From: Chiloscyllium plagiosum
Lineage: Eukaryota
Direction of reading: 5' to 3'
NCBI RefSeq assembly: GCF_004010195.1
Contig: NC_057736.1
Coordinates: 26,885,579 to 26,949,578 of the forward strand
Length of the DNA stretch: 64,000 bases
The position numbers and the translations under genes were made by a program. The notes under the pieces are model-generated. The model did no database searches. It saw only the letters and a program-made list of their open reading frames with translations, and was not told where the DNA came from. The stretch's first letter is position 1. Each line of letters begins with the position of its first letter. Shown in pieces: positions 49,216 to 62,884 of the stretch.

Positions 49216-50179
49216 CAATGAATGACACATATTTCAGAGGATTGTGTGATTGGAAGAAATTACAGAGATAGGGTGGAGGCAGGCTGTTGAGAAATTTTAA
49301 AACTAGGATGAAAAATTAAGTATCAAGTAATAGTTTGAACAGGAACCAATGTTGCCCAGAAAGCACAGTGATTATAGTTGAATTCTGTTTTCTACAAGTT
49401 AAGATAAGGATAGCAGAGTTTTCAACGTCTTCAAGTTTATAGAGGGCACAATATGAGAGACCAGTTCATTGAAGTAGTTAAGTCTAGAGGTAATAAGAGC
49501 AAGAATGAGGTTTTCCACTTCATGTAAAGTGAAACAAATGAATTCAGGTGCTGATATGGAAGAGGAATGGTGCAAATATGTGGTCAGAATATTGTGTCTG
49601 GGTCAAATACAACAACAATTTTATGAATGGACATATTAAAGCAATATGGAAATATGAGGCTTTTGTTTAGCTTTTGTTTCTACTCTTGTTGAGTTTTATG
49701 CTTATCAAGCTGATTTATATCTGCATTTGTTAAAGGAACACTTATATACATTTAGTATTATCAGGAGCACTCCCAGGACAAGCACAACTCGCATCATATA
49801 AAGGCTATAACATACTGTCCTGCCCCAACAATATTCACCAACATCATCAGAAAAGGTTCACAATCTTTTGTGATTTTTTTTCATTTGTGTTTACTATTTC
49901 CAACAAGCAACCATTGACAATTACTGCTAAGTTATGAGAAGTCTTGTGTTATGAATTTATGTCTACAAGCAACTGGAATGATTAAATCCATTTCTCTTGC
50001 GATTCCTTAAAGACAGCTGAATTCAGATAGGTCTCTTTCTGATCTGCATCCAAGGACAACTAATGGAAAATTGAAGGGAATACATAGAAAAACAATTGCT
50101 AAGCAACTTATCTTAACTCTCAAAAGTGTTGCAAAGCTTGCAATAGATTACTTTGAACTAGGAAGTGGCGAGATGAGTA

Positions 50180-53100
50180 CAGCATTAGTAATTGGGGATT
50201 CCATAGTTAGGTGACAGAGAGGAGGTTCTGTGTGAATGAGAGAAACTCACATTTGGTGTGTTGCCTCCTAGGTGCCAGGGTTCGTGATGTCTCTGATCGT
50301 GTTTTCAGGATCCTTCAGGGGGAGGGGTCCACATAGGTACTCATGACATAGGTAGGAAAAGGGATGAGATTTAAGGCAGAAATTCAAGGAGCTAGAGTGG
50401 AAGCTTAGATCTAGAACAGACAGAGTTGTTATCTCTGGTTTGTTGCCTGTGCCACGTACTAGCGAGGCGAGGAATAGGGAGAGAGAGGAGTTGAACTTGG
50501 CTATAGGGAAGGTGCAGGAGGGAAGGTTTTGGATACTTGGTTAATTGGGGCTCATTCTGGAGTAGGTGGGACCTCTACATACAGTATAGTCTACACCTGA
50601 ACCAGAGGGGTACCAATATCCTTGGGAGGACATTTGCTAATGCTATTCGGAAGGGTTTAAACTAATTCAGCAGGAGGATGGGAACCTAAATTGTAGTTCC
50701 AGTGTCCAGGAGGTTGAGAGTTGAGGTCACAAGAGTTTGCTGCCAATCAGAAAGTGTGTCTACTTCAATACTTCTACTTCAAGGCAGAGATTGATAAATT
50801 CTTGATGTCACAAGGAATTAAGGGCTACGGGGAGAATGTGGGTAAGTGGAGTTGAAATGCTCATCAGCCATGATTGAATGGCGGAGTGGACTCGATGGAC
50901 CGAATGGCCTTACTTCCACTCCTATGTCTTATGGTTTTAATGCCAGGAGCATCTGGAATAAGGTGGGTGAACTTGCAGCATGGGTTGTTACCTGGGACTT
51001 CAATGCTGTGGCCATTTCAGAGACATTGATAGAGCAGGAACAGGAATAGTTGTTGCAGGTTCTGGAATATAGATGTTTCAGTAAGAACAGAGAAGATGGT
51101 AAAAGAACGGGAGGTGTGGCCTTGTTAGTCAAGGACAGTATTATGGTGGCAGAAAGGATGTTTGAGTACTCGTCTGCTGAGGTAGTATGGGCTGAGGTTA
51201 GAAACAGAAAAGGAGAGGTCACCCTGTTGGGAGTTTTCTATAGGCCTCTGAATAGTTCCAGAGCTGTAAAGGAAACGATAGCAAAGATAATTCTGGATAG
51301 GAGTGAGAGTACAGGGTAGTTGTTATGGAAATACTATAGTTTGAATACTTCAGATGGGTCAGTTTTGTCCAATGTGTGCAGGATGGTTTCCTGACACAGT
51401 ATATAGACAGGCCAACAGGGGCAAGGCCACATTGGATTTGGTACTGGGTAATGAACTTGGTCAGGTGTTGTATTTGGAGATAGGTGAGCACTTTGATGAT
51501 AGTGATCACAATTCGGTTATGTTTACTTTAGCAATGGAAAGGGATAGGTATACAAGGCAGGGCAAGATATATTGCTGAGGGAAAAGCAATTATGATGTGA
51601 TTAGGCAAGATTTAGGATGCATAGGATGGGGAAGGAAACTGCAGGGGATGGGCACAATTGAAATGTGGAGCTTATTCAAGGAACAGCTACTGATCGCCCT
51701 TGATAGGTACGTAGTTGTCAGGTAGAGAGGAAGTGGTCGAGCGAGGGAGCTGTGGTTTACTAAAGAAGTTGAATCTCTTGTCAAGAGGAAAAAGGAGGCT
51801 TATGTTAGGATGAGATGTGAAGGCTCAGTTAGGGCGCTTGAGAGTTACAAGTTAGCCAGGAAAGACCTAAAGAGAGAGCTATAAGAAGGGCCAGGAGCAG
51901 ACATGAGAAGTCATTGTTAGGTAGGATCAAGGAAAACCCCAAAGCTTTCTATAATAAAAAAATGAGTACAGAGAGATTATGGCCAATCAAGAATAGTGAT
52001 GGGACGTTGTGCGTGGAGTCTGAGGAGATGGAGAAGCGCTAACTGAATATTTTTCATCATTGTTCATACTGGAAAAAGACAATGTTGTTGAGGAAAATAT
52101 TGAGATACAGGCTATTAGATTAGATGGGATTGAGGTTCACAAGGAAGAGGTGTTAGCAAATCTGGAAAGTGTGAAAATAGCTAACCGGATGGGATTTATC
52201 CTAGGATTTATCCTGGGAAGCCAAGTAGGCGATTGGAGAGCCTTTGGCTTTGATCTTTATGTTGTTATTGTCTACAGGAATAGTGCCAGAAGACTGGAGG
52301 ATAGCAAATGTTGTCCCCTTGTTCAAGAAGGAGAGTGGAGACAAGCTTGCTTATTATAGATCCGTGAGTCTTACTTTGATTGTAGGTAAAGTGTTGGGGA
52401 AGGTTATAAGAGATAGGATTTAAAATCATCTAGAGTGGAATAAGTTAATTAGGGATAGATAATACAGTTTTGTGAAGAGTAGGTCATACCTCACAAACCT
52501 TTATTGAGTTCTTTGAGATAGTGACCAAACAGGTGGATGAGGTAAAGCGGTTGATGTGGTGTGTATGGACTTCAGTAAGGCGTTTGATAAGGTTCCCCTT
52601 GGAGGCTTGAGATCGAGGGTGACTTAGCGGTTTGGATCAAAAATTGGCTAGCTGAAAGAAGGCAGAAGGTGGTGGTTGATGGGAAATGTTCATCCTGGAG
52701 TTCAGTTACTAGTGGTGTACCGCAAGGATCTATTTTGGGGTCACTGCTGTTTGTCATTTTTATAAATGACCTAGATGAAGGTGTAGAAGGATGGTTTAGT
52801 AAATTTACAGATGACATCAAGGTCGTTGGAATTGTGGATAGTGCTGAAGGATGTTGCAGTTACAGAGGGACACAGATAAGCTGCAGATCTGGGCTGAGAG
52901 GTGGCAAATGGAGTTTAATGCAGAAAAGTGTGAAGTGATTCACTTTGGAAGGAGTAACAGGAATGCAGATTGCTGGGCTATTGACAAATTCTTAACAGTG
53001 TAGATGAGCAGCGAGAGCTCGGTGTCCTTGCACATAGATCCCTAAAAGTTGCCACCCAGGTTGATAGGTTTGTTATGAAGGCATATGGTGCGCTAGCTTT

Positions 53101-53685
53101 TATTGGTAGAAGGATTGTGTTTCGGAGCCACAAGGTCATGCTGCAGCTGTACAAAACTCTGGTGCGGCCACACTTGGCGTATTGTGTGCAGTTCTGGTCA
53201 CCGCATTATAGGAAGGATGTGGAAGCTTTGGAAAGGGGTCAGAGGAGATTTTACTTGGTATGGAGAGAAGGTCTTACGAGGAATGGCTGAGGGATTTGAG
53301 GCTGTTTTCATTAGAGAGAAGATTGAGAGGTGACTTAATTGAGACATATAAGATAATCAGAGGGTTAGATTGGTTGGGCAGTGAGAGCCTTTTTCCTTGG
53401 ATGGTGATGGCTAACACAAGGGGTCACAGCTTTAAATTAAGGGGTGATGGATATAAGACAGATGTCAGAGGTACTTTCTTTACTCAGTAGTAGAGGCATG
53501 AAGTGCACTGCCTGCAACAAAAGTAGGATCTCCAGCTTTAAGGGCATTTAAATGGTCATTGGATAAACATGGATGAAAATGGAATAGTCTAGGCAATAGA
53601 TGGGCTTCAGATTAGTTCCACAGGTTAGCACAACATCGAGGGTCAAAGGGCCTGTACTGCGCTGTAATGTTCTATGTTCTATCTG
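50180..53685 (+). mobile_element. Near full-length degenerate CR1/HER1 LINE (ORF1 esterase, APE, RT, 3' tail)
   Basis: VIGDSIVR; FNARSI..K, VAISET, GGVALLVK, GVFYRP, LDLVL, SDHN; [28 protein letters not shown]; LVRPHLAYCVQFWSP; (TTCTATG)n tail. Confidence 0.9.
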
Positions 53686-54679
53686 GCCAATTCAATAGCC
53701 AATTGTGCATGGTCAGATTGTACATAGCAATTGCTAGATGGATTTAATCTATTATTAAACAAATTGATTTGAGTTAAGGGTAGAATGTTGGCTTAGACAC
53801 ATGGAGACCTCTCCATTCTTTTACACATAATGACATTATTCTTTTATTTAACATCTTTACAAATCAGTGGAACAATTAGATGGACCTTAGTTTAACATTT
53901 CTTTGGAAGGATGGGACCACTGGCCAATTGCTCAAGACTTGGAGACAATATTACTTACTACATCAAGCTTGCATTTAACATCATGTTAGATTGGATTTGG
54001 ACAGTAAAATAAGTTATAATTACGGCCATTTTCGTTAAACTAGACTCCAAACATTTTCTTTTAGGTTTACCTGAATGCACATGCTTTCTAACAATTACTT
54101 CAGCTTTTGGGTCTATGAATACTTTGTAAACAATTCTTAATTTAATCAAAAATGTTTATAAAATTACCTCTTGGACAGAGAATTGATGATAACTTTGGTA
54201 ACAGAGCCATGAAAATCAATAAGATCCCAAGTTTAATTTCCCAATCTGTGCTTAGATGCTATAATCAGCTCAGTAATAGGAATGCTACAACTGGTGTCAA
54301 TGTACTTACATTAAATAAAGGACAATTATCCAAGATTCCTGTTCTTCATTGCTATCCATTGTGTCTTGGTGAACGTTTACAGATGTTGATGCCCAATTAA
54401 CGGTCACTTCTATGAGTCCGTGCAATAAATTATCTTTGTAATTAAGCTGTCACACAGAGAATAGTCATTTAAGAAAAGTATTGCTGTGCAACAGTGGTCT
54501 AGGAACTCTGTTCCCTTTAGAATGGGAGAGAGAAAAAGAAGGGAATTAACCTGAGGCGGGGAATATGTGGAGAGAAATGTAATTATTTTCATATTAAAAG
54601 TAACTCATGATTCTGCATACACTTCTCAACAGCAAATTCGCAACAGAAAGTTGGTCATTGTATGAGGCTCCCATTAGAC

Positions 54680-55205
54680 TCTACGGTAGACAAGCAGGAG
54701 ACTGGAAGAACACAGCAAGCCAGGCAGCATCGGGAAGTGGAAAAGTCAACATGTTGAACCACTTCTTCGGGTCGATCAAAGGAATGGAAGGTAGGGGGAG
54801 GGGGAGGGGCTGGGAAGGGAGTTGGGGATGGGAAGGGAGGTTATTTGAAATGGAAGAACTCAATGTTGAGTCCTCTGGGCTGTAGGCTGCCCAGGTTGGA
54901 GATGAGGCATTGTTCCTCCAATTTGCAGTCTGATTCGATGTGGCAATTGAGAAAGCCAAGGATAGTCATGTTGGAAAGGGAGTGGGAAGGGGAATTAAAA
55001 TGGGGGGGTGACTGGGATTCAGGTCGGCCCCCTCAGGCCCAGCTGAGATGCTCAACAAAACGTGCACTGAGTTTACATTTAGTCTCCCCGAAGTAGAGAA
55101 GACAACATCGGGAGCACCAGATACAGTAAACTAGGTTGGAGGAGTGGTAGGTGAATCTCAGTCTCACCTGGATAGGCTGCTTGGGGCCTTGGATGGAAGC
55201 GAGGG
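54680..55205 (-). mobile_element. Penelope-like element 3' fragment
   Basis: Reverse strand reads C.RC.LLYFGETK-like and ...LEEQCLI..LGSLQP.GLNIEF, a GIY-YIG C-terminus. Confidence 0.7.
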
Positions 55206-55439
55206 TTAGGGCTCTATGTCAAAAGTCCTGTTAATAGTTTTCTATATTAGGTTTCTCGTTCTTTTTTGTGCAGACTATATCCCAAGAGATGTAAGATATA
55301 TACCTTGAACAAACTTGCAATTCATCTATTAAATGCAGAATGTTTTCATGTCGTTTGAGTCAAATAATAGTCATAACAATGAGATGAATGAATGTCTCAT
55401 ACTTCTTTAGCTCACCCTTATCCATAAAACCCTGCAAAT

Positions 55440-55920
55440 TTAATTGTGTCCTTTCTCAGGCCAACATCTCTGTCACATCTGTGGTGCATCAGCTGTGCTG
55501 GGTGGGTCACATTGTCTGCATGTGGAACACAAGATTCCAGAATAAATTACTTATTCTGAGTTTTATATGGCAAGTGATTACCAGGAAGGCAGGGCAAATG
55601 CTTAAAGGATGTCCTCAAGTTATCCCTTAAAAATTATAACATTCCTACTGTCACCTGGGAATCTCTCTTCCACAACCACACAAAGAGCAGAAACATCCAT
55701 GTGTCCCCACTGTGAATGCCCGAGACGGTTTAGAAATCTTGCAAATTGCAATTCTTTACCTTTTTGAACAGGCACAAGCACAAACATGGGCAGAAATTTG
55801 AACATCCCAAAAACCTCCATAGCTCCATACAGCTAGCCGTGGATTCTTTTGTGATCTCAGGAGTCACAACTTCAGAGTGAAAGAAAACAAATCCTCAGTC
55901 TCCAAGGACTGCCTGAGATG
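55440..55920 (+). mobile_element. RTE-clade LINE 3' remnant
   Basis: HQLCWVGHIVCM (QLRWAGHV.RM motif) and KDVLK-like remnant. Confidence 0.55.
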
Positions 55921-56299
55921 CAGAGTCAGAACAGTAAGCCTTGTTCCTCTTGAAACCAAACTGTTTAATATCAGCTTACTACATGGAGCAGTTATATTAG
56001 TTATTAATAAAGAGAATTATAACAATAATTCCTATAAAATCTAGCTTTCATGTACCATTGATACATTTAATCAACTGTACCTGTTTGTATTACTATTATA
56101 AACTGCAACAACAACTTGTATCTGTATGGCAGCTTTAATAATGCCACAAGCGGATTTAAAGGAAAATTCGACAGCCTTACCGCATTTTTTATGATTCCAA
56201 ACGGTTATATTAGGATAGGTTGTCAGTGAGCAACGCTATTTAATTTAATGGAAATTAGCAATTTTATCTTTTCGTGAGCATAGATTTTTTGTGTTGACC

Positions 56300-56465
56300 G
56301 ATGTTGAACTCCTGAAAAGCACAAAGTGGAAGTTGCCAAGCCACGCGTCAAATTAAGATGGAGGTTGTGAATAAGATCTATCAACTACAACGGGCAGCTA
56401 TTCAATTCCAGGTTGAATGTGTGGAAGCACTTCCGGGTGGTTGCTGGGCCAGAGACGGTGGGATC
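56300..56465 (+). promoter_or_regulatory. ELOA CpG-rich promoter
   Basis: CpG enrichment; ETS/GABP-like CACTTCCGGGT at about 56428-56438 and GGAAGT at about 56328; YY1-like AAGATGG at about 56355. Confidence 0.6.
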
Positions 56466-56540
56466 ATGGCTGCAGACGGGTTGCAGGAGCAGGTTTTAAA
56501 GCTGCAGACTCGCTTGTCAGAGACTCAGGAACCGAAGAAG
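56466..56540 (+). CDS. ELOA: Elongin A (TCEB3) first coding exon; gene continues beyond the window
   Basis: GGGATCATGG Kozak; MAADGLQEQVLKLQTRLSETQEPKK|GTAAAG resembles the Elongin A N-terminus (MAAES...VEKLQARL...PKK); phase-0 donor after KK; RPL11-ELOA synteny is conserved in vertebrates. Confidence 0.85.
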
Positions 56541-57299
56541 GTAAAGAATTGCAAGTTGCAAGGTTTCTAAACCATCTCGGGCATTCACGGTGGGGGCGCA
56601 ACTCTAGAAACGGGGGAACGAATCTTAACACGAAGACATTTGACTTAACACCTGGAAAACCAATGATCGATCCATTGAATAATACAGTCCAAGCATTGGG
56701 GAACTAGGGGTCAGGCCAAGGGTCCTTTGCCTGGATGTTTATATTTAATCTGAGGTGTTAATCAGCTTGTTTTATTAATTTTACATCTTAACTTTCTGTT
56801 TACAAAAACAAAAATACGCGTGTGTCTTCACTCTGTGAGTGAAAGTGATGACATTGCATTCTTTGATTCTTATAGGAGCCCCCATTTAACTGAATTAAGT
56901 AGAACTGGTTAGTATACTTAAGAGAACAGAAATGTTTTGCTGCCACGTTGACTTCAAATGTAATATTTTTTTTTATTTTACAAACCATCCAGAACACTTT
57001 TTGATGGGATTAGTTCAATTTTTAAAAAATTGGTAATGAATAATTAAGTGATGGATAGAGTAAATGTATGAAATGGTGTTAGTAGATAATTTTGATAGCT
57101 CTGCATTTGGGGATCTCAAGAATGTAAGTTATGTATAAAGAAAGCTTGTTGATTGCTTAGTTGAATTCTGTTGATTTTTTAAAAATTGAATTAGTGGATA
57201 TTATATCAGTGCTGCAATTTGTTCAGTATAGGATGCTGAGCAGGCAGACTCTCTGGCCTAGCCTCTTGTAAATATGAGGTTCATTGAAAAATTTGCCCA

Positions 57300-57735
57300 T
57301 GTCATAACTGGTGCTAAATACCATTCATTCATCACCTCTTGGCTCGCTGACCAGAATTGGGTTAAACAATTGCTTAATTTTCAAATTTTAATCCTTATTT
57401 TCAAATTTTCATCCTTCTTTTCAAAACCTTCAGTAGTCTAGCCCCTCCCTGTTGTACAATGTAATCCAGCTCCACAATCCTCTGGGAAATTTCACGTTTC
57501 TTTAATTCATGACTCTTGAGCTGTGCTTTTAGCTGCCAGGCATTTAGCTTTGGAATTCCTTTCCCAAAACCCTCTGATTCTATCCTCTTCCTTTAAGATA
57601 CTCTTGAAAAGAGACTTCATTGTTAGAATTTGTCCAAATATCTTTTTCTGGCTTGGTGCCCTGTTTTCTGCATTATAATACCTCTAAAGTGCCTTAATGT
57701 TTTGTTATGTTAAAGGTACTATATAAATGCAAATT
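57300..57735 (+). mobile_element. L2 LINE 3' remnant
   Basis: ...TTTAGCTG...TGGAATTCC...TTAAAGGTACTATATAAATGCAA tail. Confidence 0.5.
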
Positions 57736-58632
57736 GGTTTTATAAAGGGCAACTATTTCCACTTTCTCTAATCAAAGGACAATGTGATGTTATAACAGAA
57801 GCTTGCCCTAGTTGTATCTCTCTAAGATGTGGCAGAATGTGAAGCTTCTGTCTAAAGGTAAAAATTTTAACTCTTAAGATCTATGCTTTGCAACTGGATT
57901 TCAATTTGATTTATTTTGGGCTTTCTCGTTCATTCTTTTCTTATTTCTGTAGTTTCTATTTGTCAGGAATTGCAGACTAGATCCCCTTTTGAAGCTGATG
58001 TCTTTGATTTAAGTCCCACCTATTTAGATGTAGTATTCCAATAGTTGTATGTTATAAATTACAACCAGTAAAGATTGCACCCTACGTTAGAAGCCATACT
58101 TTGCTGCAATATGTTGTAAATAGGGCATAAAAATCAAATTGGATCTGAATCATTTTAATCCTAAACTAAATTTAATCTGCTATTGCAAGGGTAATGTTTT
58201 AATCAACTGTATGAATGCTTCTACTCAGTCCTAATCCCCACTCCTCAGCAGGACAGCTGGCAATCTGGGAGCCAAGTGTACTGTAACAATTTCAAAGATG
58301 TCTGCATCAATGCTCAAAGCAATCTGGCCATTTTGGGGATATTGCAATAGTCTGTAATGGATATTGAATTCTACCATCAGTTAAGTGATTATGTGTACCC
58401 TGAGGGTAATCTTGTGACTTTTTCATACATGTCTAACTTGTGAGGCCAGTTTAATGACTGTTGTTTGAATGGCCAGGTGAAATACATTACGTTCAGTCTC
58501 ATAGTGTCATAGAGGTCTATAGCATGGAAACAGATCCTTCAGTCCAACTTGTTCATGCTGACCAGATATCCTGAATAAATCCAGTTCCATTTGCCAGCAT
58601 TTGGCCCATATCCCTCTAAATCTTCCTATTCA

Positions 58633-59260
58633 TGTTGTGATGATGCTCCTTTTAACAAGGTTATGTTATGCTTGTTTTTTTTTCAGTGCAGTCGTAAAAG
58701 ATACAGACTCTACAAAGTCTAAATTGAAGGGTTTAAGGGCCAGTCTGATTATAGCAAACAGATACTACCTCAGGGAACAGGCTTTCAAGTTTTTTTGGGG
58801 AAAAAATACACTTGTACAATGAAAGGGGAGCAGCCAGTTCTCCCAGCTCAGCTTTACCTTGGTTTGGTTTTTAGTAGTAGTGTTGAAAAAACTGCTGGAT
58901 CTTAAAGAAGCAGGTCCGTGCTGACCTCTCTCTGACTTCTCTCCCATAAGAAGCTGTTTGATGTTACCTTTTGTGCCAAGGGGTGCTTATGAGGCTTGTT
59001 GCAAATATTGGGAATAGCATCATTAAGTTGGTATAATTTATTGGGTTTTTGGATGGGTTAAGTTATTTGGTATTCTGTTCTCTTTTGTGTTTTATTCGGT
59101 AATCTTGTAAATAAACTCTGTTTTGTTTAAAACAACATGGTTTGACCAGCTACATCCCTCCTGGGATATCTGCGTTACATCTACTTAAAACAACTAGCAA
59201 AGTTAGAGTCTGTGACACTTTCTTGAAATGCTTTGAAGGGATCTGGCCTTGTCAATGATA
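58633..59260 (+). mobile_element. Probable solo LTR inserted into a HER1 tail (58505-58632 / 59261-59283) in ELOA intron 1
   Basis: The tail sequence CTTCCTATTCA|TATACCCATCCAGATGCC is split by a roughly 630-bp insert starting TGTTGTG with an internal AATAAA. Confidence 0.55.
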
Positions 59261-62200
59261 ATATACCCATCCAGATGCCTTTTGTGAGATTTGAAAATGT
59301 TGGTGGCCTTTCTTCTTTAGCAGTTTAACAGCTAAATGACTTTGACTGCTTCAAAAGTCATTTAATAGTCTCACATTTATCATATTTTATGATCTGAAAA
59401 CTTTGAATTCTAATACTGTATTTTGTTTTACTGATTCCAGATTTTTAAAACTGAATTATTTGTGAACTCTCATTCCAAGGATTAATAATCCAGTATTATA
59501 GCCACTGTACCCATGATAAGCATTGTAGGTTTTATTTCCAGACTTGGTGTGGAGCCTTAGTTCAACTCGACATGTTTTCCAAAGAGAGGGCAACTTATTA
59601 ATTTGGGACTGATGAACATCACAATCAGATTTTTGAGTGGAAGAAATATGTGTATTTATCAATTCCTTGTAATATGAAAATATTTTAACTCATCCTGATA
59701 TTGACCTTTTAATTCGCACTGCAAAGTACTCAGTCTAAAGTTTTACCATTTTGTCTAATGAAAAGCCATTGGTCTCAAACATTGTGTATTCTTAGTCCAT
59801 TGATGCTGCCTGATGTGCTGAGTATTTCCAGCATTCTGTTTTTAGTACATGGATTTTAGCATTGTTTGTTTCCATTTTTATTATTGGATACTTTCTAAAT
59901 ATAGGTGAACAAAAGTTATCCATGTGTGAATAGTTGTCCACAAGGGATCCCTTCAGCAGCTGTGTTTGTAGGATTGCTTTATTGAAGAGCTACAGTTGCC
60001 TAATTAGACTGAAAGGTGAAGTCTTGATAAACATCTGCCTGGACTAAGTGTAAAACGGCTTTGCACTATTCCAATTACTCCAGTTTATAAAGAGAATTTA
60101 TTCCTGGAAAATTGATTATTTTTCCAAAATTGAGCAGTAGAATAATGTTAAAAGGCAACTAGTTGGCTGGGAAGAAATTGCAAGTTGGTATGCAGTCAAG
60201 ATTTTGATGCCATGCGCACATCACATTATTATCTTTCACTTCTACTACAGTCATTTTTATACAATCACTGAAAAGAACTTTTTTTGAAATGCAAAATTGC
60301 TGATTGTCAATTGGAAATTATAGCAAAAAAAATTGTAATTTGATTAGTTTGTAGGACATACATTCTGTGTATCATTTAAGTATAGATTTAAAAAATGCTT
60401 TCCTGATGACCCAAATAGGTAAGATTAGTTCTGACAGACCCAAGAAAGATGTGGAAGGTTCCACTCCCAAGATTCAATTGTTTCTGAACAAGTTGATATG
60501 ATTAGTTACAGGTTAATTCACAACACTGGTAAGATGGGAAAGAGAAACTTGCTGTCTTTCTGCTGATTTGTTATCCAGGGCCATCTGCTGGAGGTACATG
60601 TAGATATAAGATAATGTTTTGGCTATGTGTGTTCCCTTGTTAAGTCACCTGTTGACAATTTCACTCTCTGAGCATGTGTAGAAGTGATGTTTTCTAAGAA
60701 ATATGTCATCTGCTTACTCTTTTGAGCAAAATGTACTGCTTCACATTTGCTGATGTTGAAATTAATTTGGCAATTAAATGCCCATTCTGCAAATTTGTTA
60801 ATGTCAACTTGTACTATTTCATTTTGTCTCCTTCATTACTAATGACACCAATTTGGTGTCATATTTAAATTAATAATCCAAATCATTTATACACAGCGAA
60901 CAACAGTCGTCCCACAAGAATCTTTACGGAACATCACTTCACATCTATAGCCAGTCTGACTGACTGACTGATTATTTTCTATTTTGTCTGACATGGAAGG
61001 AGTTCTGATTGAATTATCTTCCAGTGCTTCAGTTTTGTTCCTTGTTGTCTTATGCATTATCTGAGTTCCATCTGAGTGTCTTCCTGCTTGAAACTGAAGT
61101 TCATGTAGGCTTTTCCATTTGAAATAGGAATTGCGTTGAACATTCATGTGGAAGGATAATGTATGTCATATAAATCTTGTTGGTTTGTTTATGCTGATGA
61201 GAATTTTGGATGTTCAAACAGTGATTGATATAAGTTGAGGTCTGCCATTACACCATTTGTTGAGCAGACCTTGTTTCCTCTGGGGTACCTGCAGAAAAAC
61301 AATGAACAGCTGCTTTGAACCTTGGGTTGAGTGATCAAACTGTGTGCTCCTCTTGCCAAACATCCTAGGCAACTATTTCTGTGCAATTGGTCAGTAAAAC
61401 TATTTACTGTATACCATTGCATTGAAAGCTCTATCATGCTGTAGTGTTACCTATAATCACTTGGAAAGAAGACATAGTGATTCGTTAGCAAGAGAGCTGG
61501 TGTTCAACTGCTCGTCTTGGTTAGCTGGAAGACTCGGACATTCTTTTCTCTTGATTTTGAAATGGGGCACAAGGACTCAAAGAAAGCCAGTTTTGAACAT
61601 GTAGTAGTGTCAGGTTTACTGGTACAGAAAGGACTACATATTTTTGTTGAAATGATTTTCTGCATTTTCTTTTGTTTTTTTTAGATCTGTTAGAATACCT
61701 TGTAAACTGAATCTGATTTGATATTGTACTTCTTGCTTTTGTGGTTGCCTTGACACCCTTTTAAAGGAGAAAAGATACTGAAAACTGGAATCGGGGAATA
61801 TAACCATTTCCTCAGTATTGTAAACAAGTATAAAAATCTCTTGAAGAACAGAGGAAGTGGTAGAGGTGGATATTACAACATTTAAAACAGATTTGGACAG
61901 GTACATGGATAGGACCAAATGCAGGCAAATGGGACTAGTTAAATTTAGGATACCTTGTCAGCATAGGCAGGTTGGACCGAAGAGTCTGTGTTTCTGTGTT
62001 TGTGTTTTTGACACTGACTATAATTCTATAAGTGTAAGTGTTAGGTGATCTGATGTTTTAGAAAGAAGTACACAGTTGGAGTTCTGTAGCTGCTTTCATG
62101 ACCCCAGTTTGCTCTAAACATTTTACAGCCAATGCAGTACTTTTAGAAGTATAGGTACTGTTGCAATTTCGGAAATGAGGCTGTCTGTTTGTATCCAGCA

Positions 62201-62884
62201 AACACCCATAAACAGTTCTGTGATGAAGACCAGATAATCTTTTTAGTGGTTGTTGATTGAGAAAAATAGAGGCTAGAATAATTTAAAGTCAATTTGAGAA
62301 GACAAGCTGATGTGCCAAACCTGAGGTATCTGTATCCATGTTTCTCTGCTCACAGAGATTAACGCTATGGGAATATTTTCATTACCTGGGTTTGATTGTC
62401 ATTATAGTTACTCCTATTTAGTTTCCCACAGAAAGTCCATGATATTCAGACTCATTTGAGGCAATGATATGTTGTGCTTTAAACAGCTGGTTTTAAATGG
62501 TGTACAGTGTTAAAGAAGGACAAGAAACATTGATTAAGAAGTACATTGTGAAACTTGAATTCTGTTTGTGTTTTGTGGGTAGCATTGTTACTGTTCTAAA
62601 AGGCAAAATTCTTGTGTGTTTAAAAATTAATAATATTAGTCACCACATTTCTATGTAAACTGAGGTATGAGAAATGCTTATTGTTGCGATGTAAGCAATT
62701 ATTAGTGAATCTTTAATAATCAGTTGATATTTAACACAACCATTTCAGATAAAGCAACTATGCCCTTGATTGTTTTTATTTTGTTTCGTATTAATAAAGA
62801 GGAACATTTTTAAAATTCTTTTTGATGTTTCTAGATTTTTGACAATTAATTTGCTTCCTCACTTTCCATGTTTACCAGGACCTC

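Noticed and set aside
56358-56465. In-frame upstream ATG extending ELOA by 36 aa
   Set aside because: It overlaps promoter motifs, shows no recognisable similarity, and is probably upstream of the TSS
61655-61860. Strong acceptor (polypyrimidine + TAG at 61684) as ELOA exon 2
   Set aside because: Phase-0 reading gives ATC TGT TAG (stop) and does not resemble the expected LLK.LK.L..LP.TVDIL; exon 2 probably lies beyond the window
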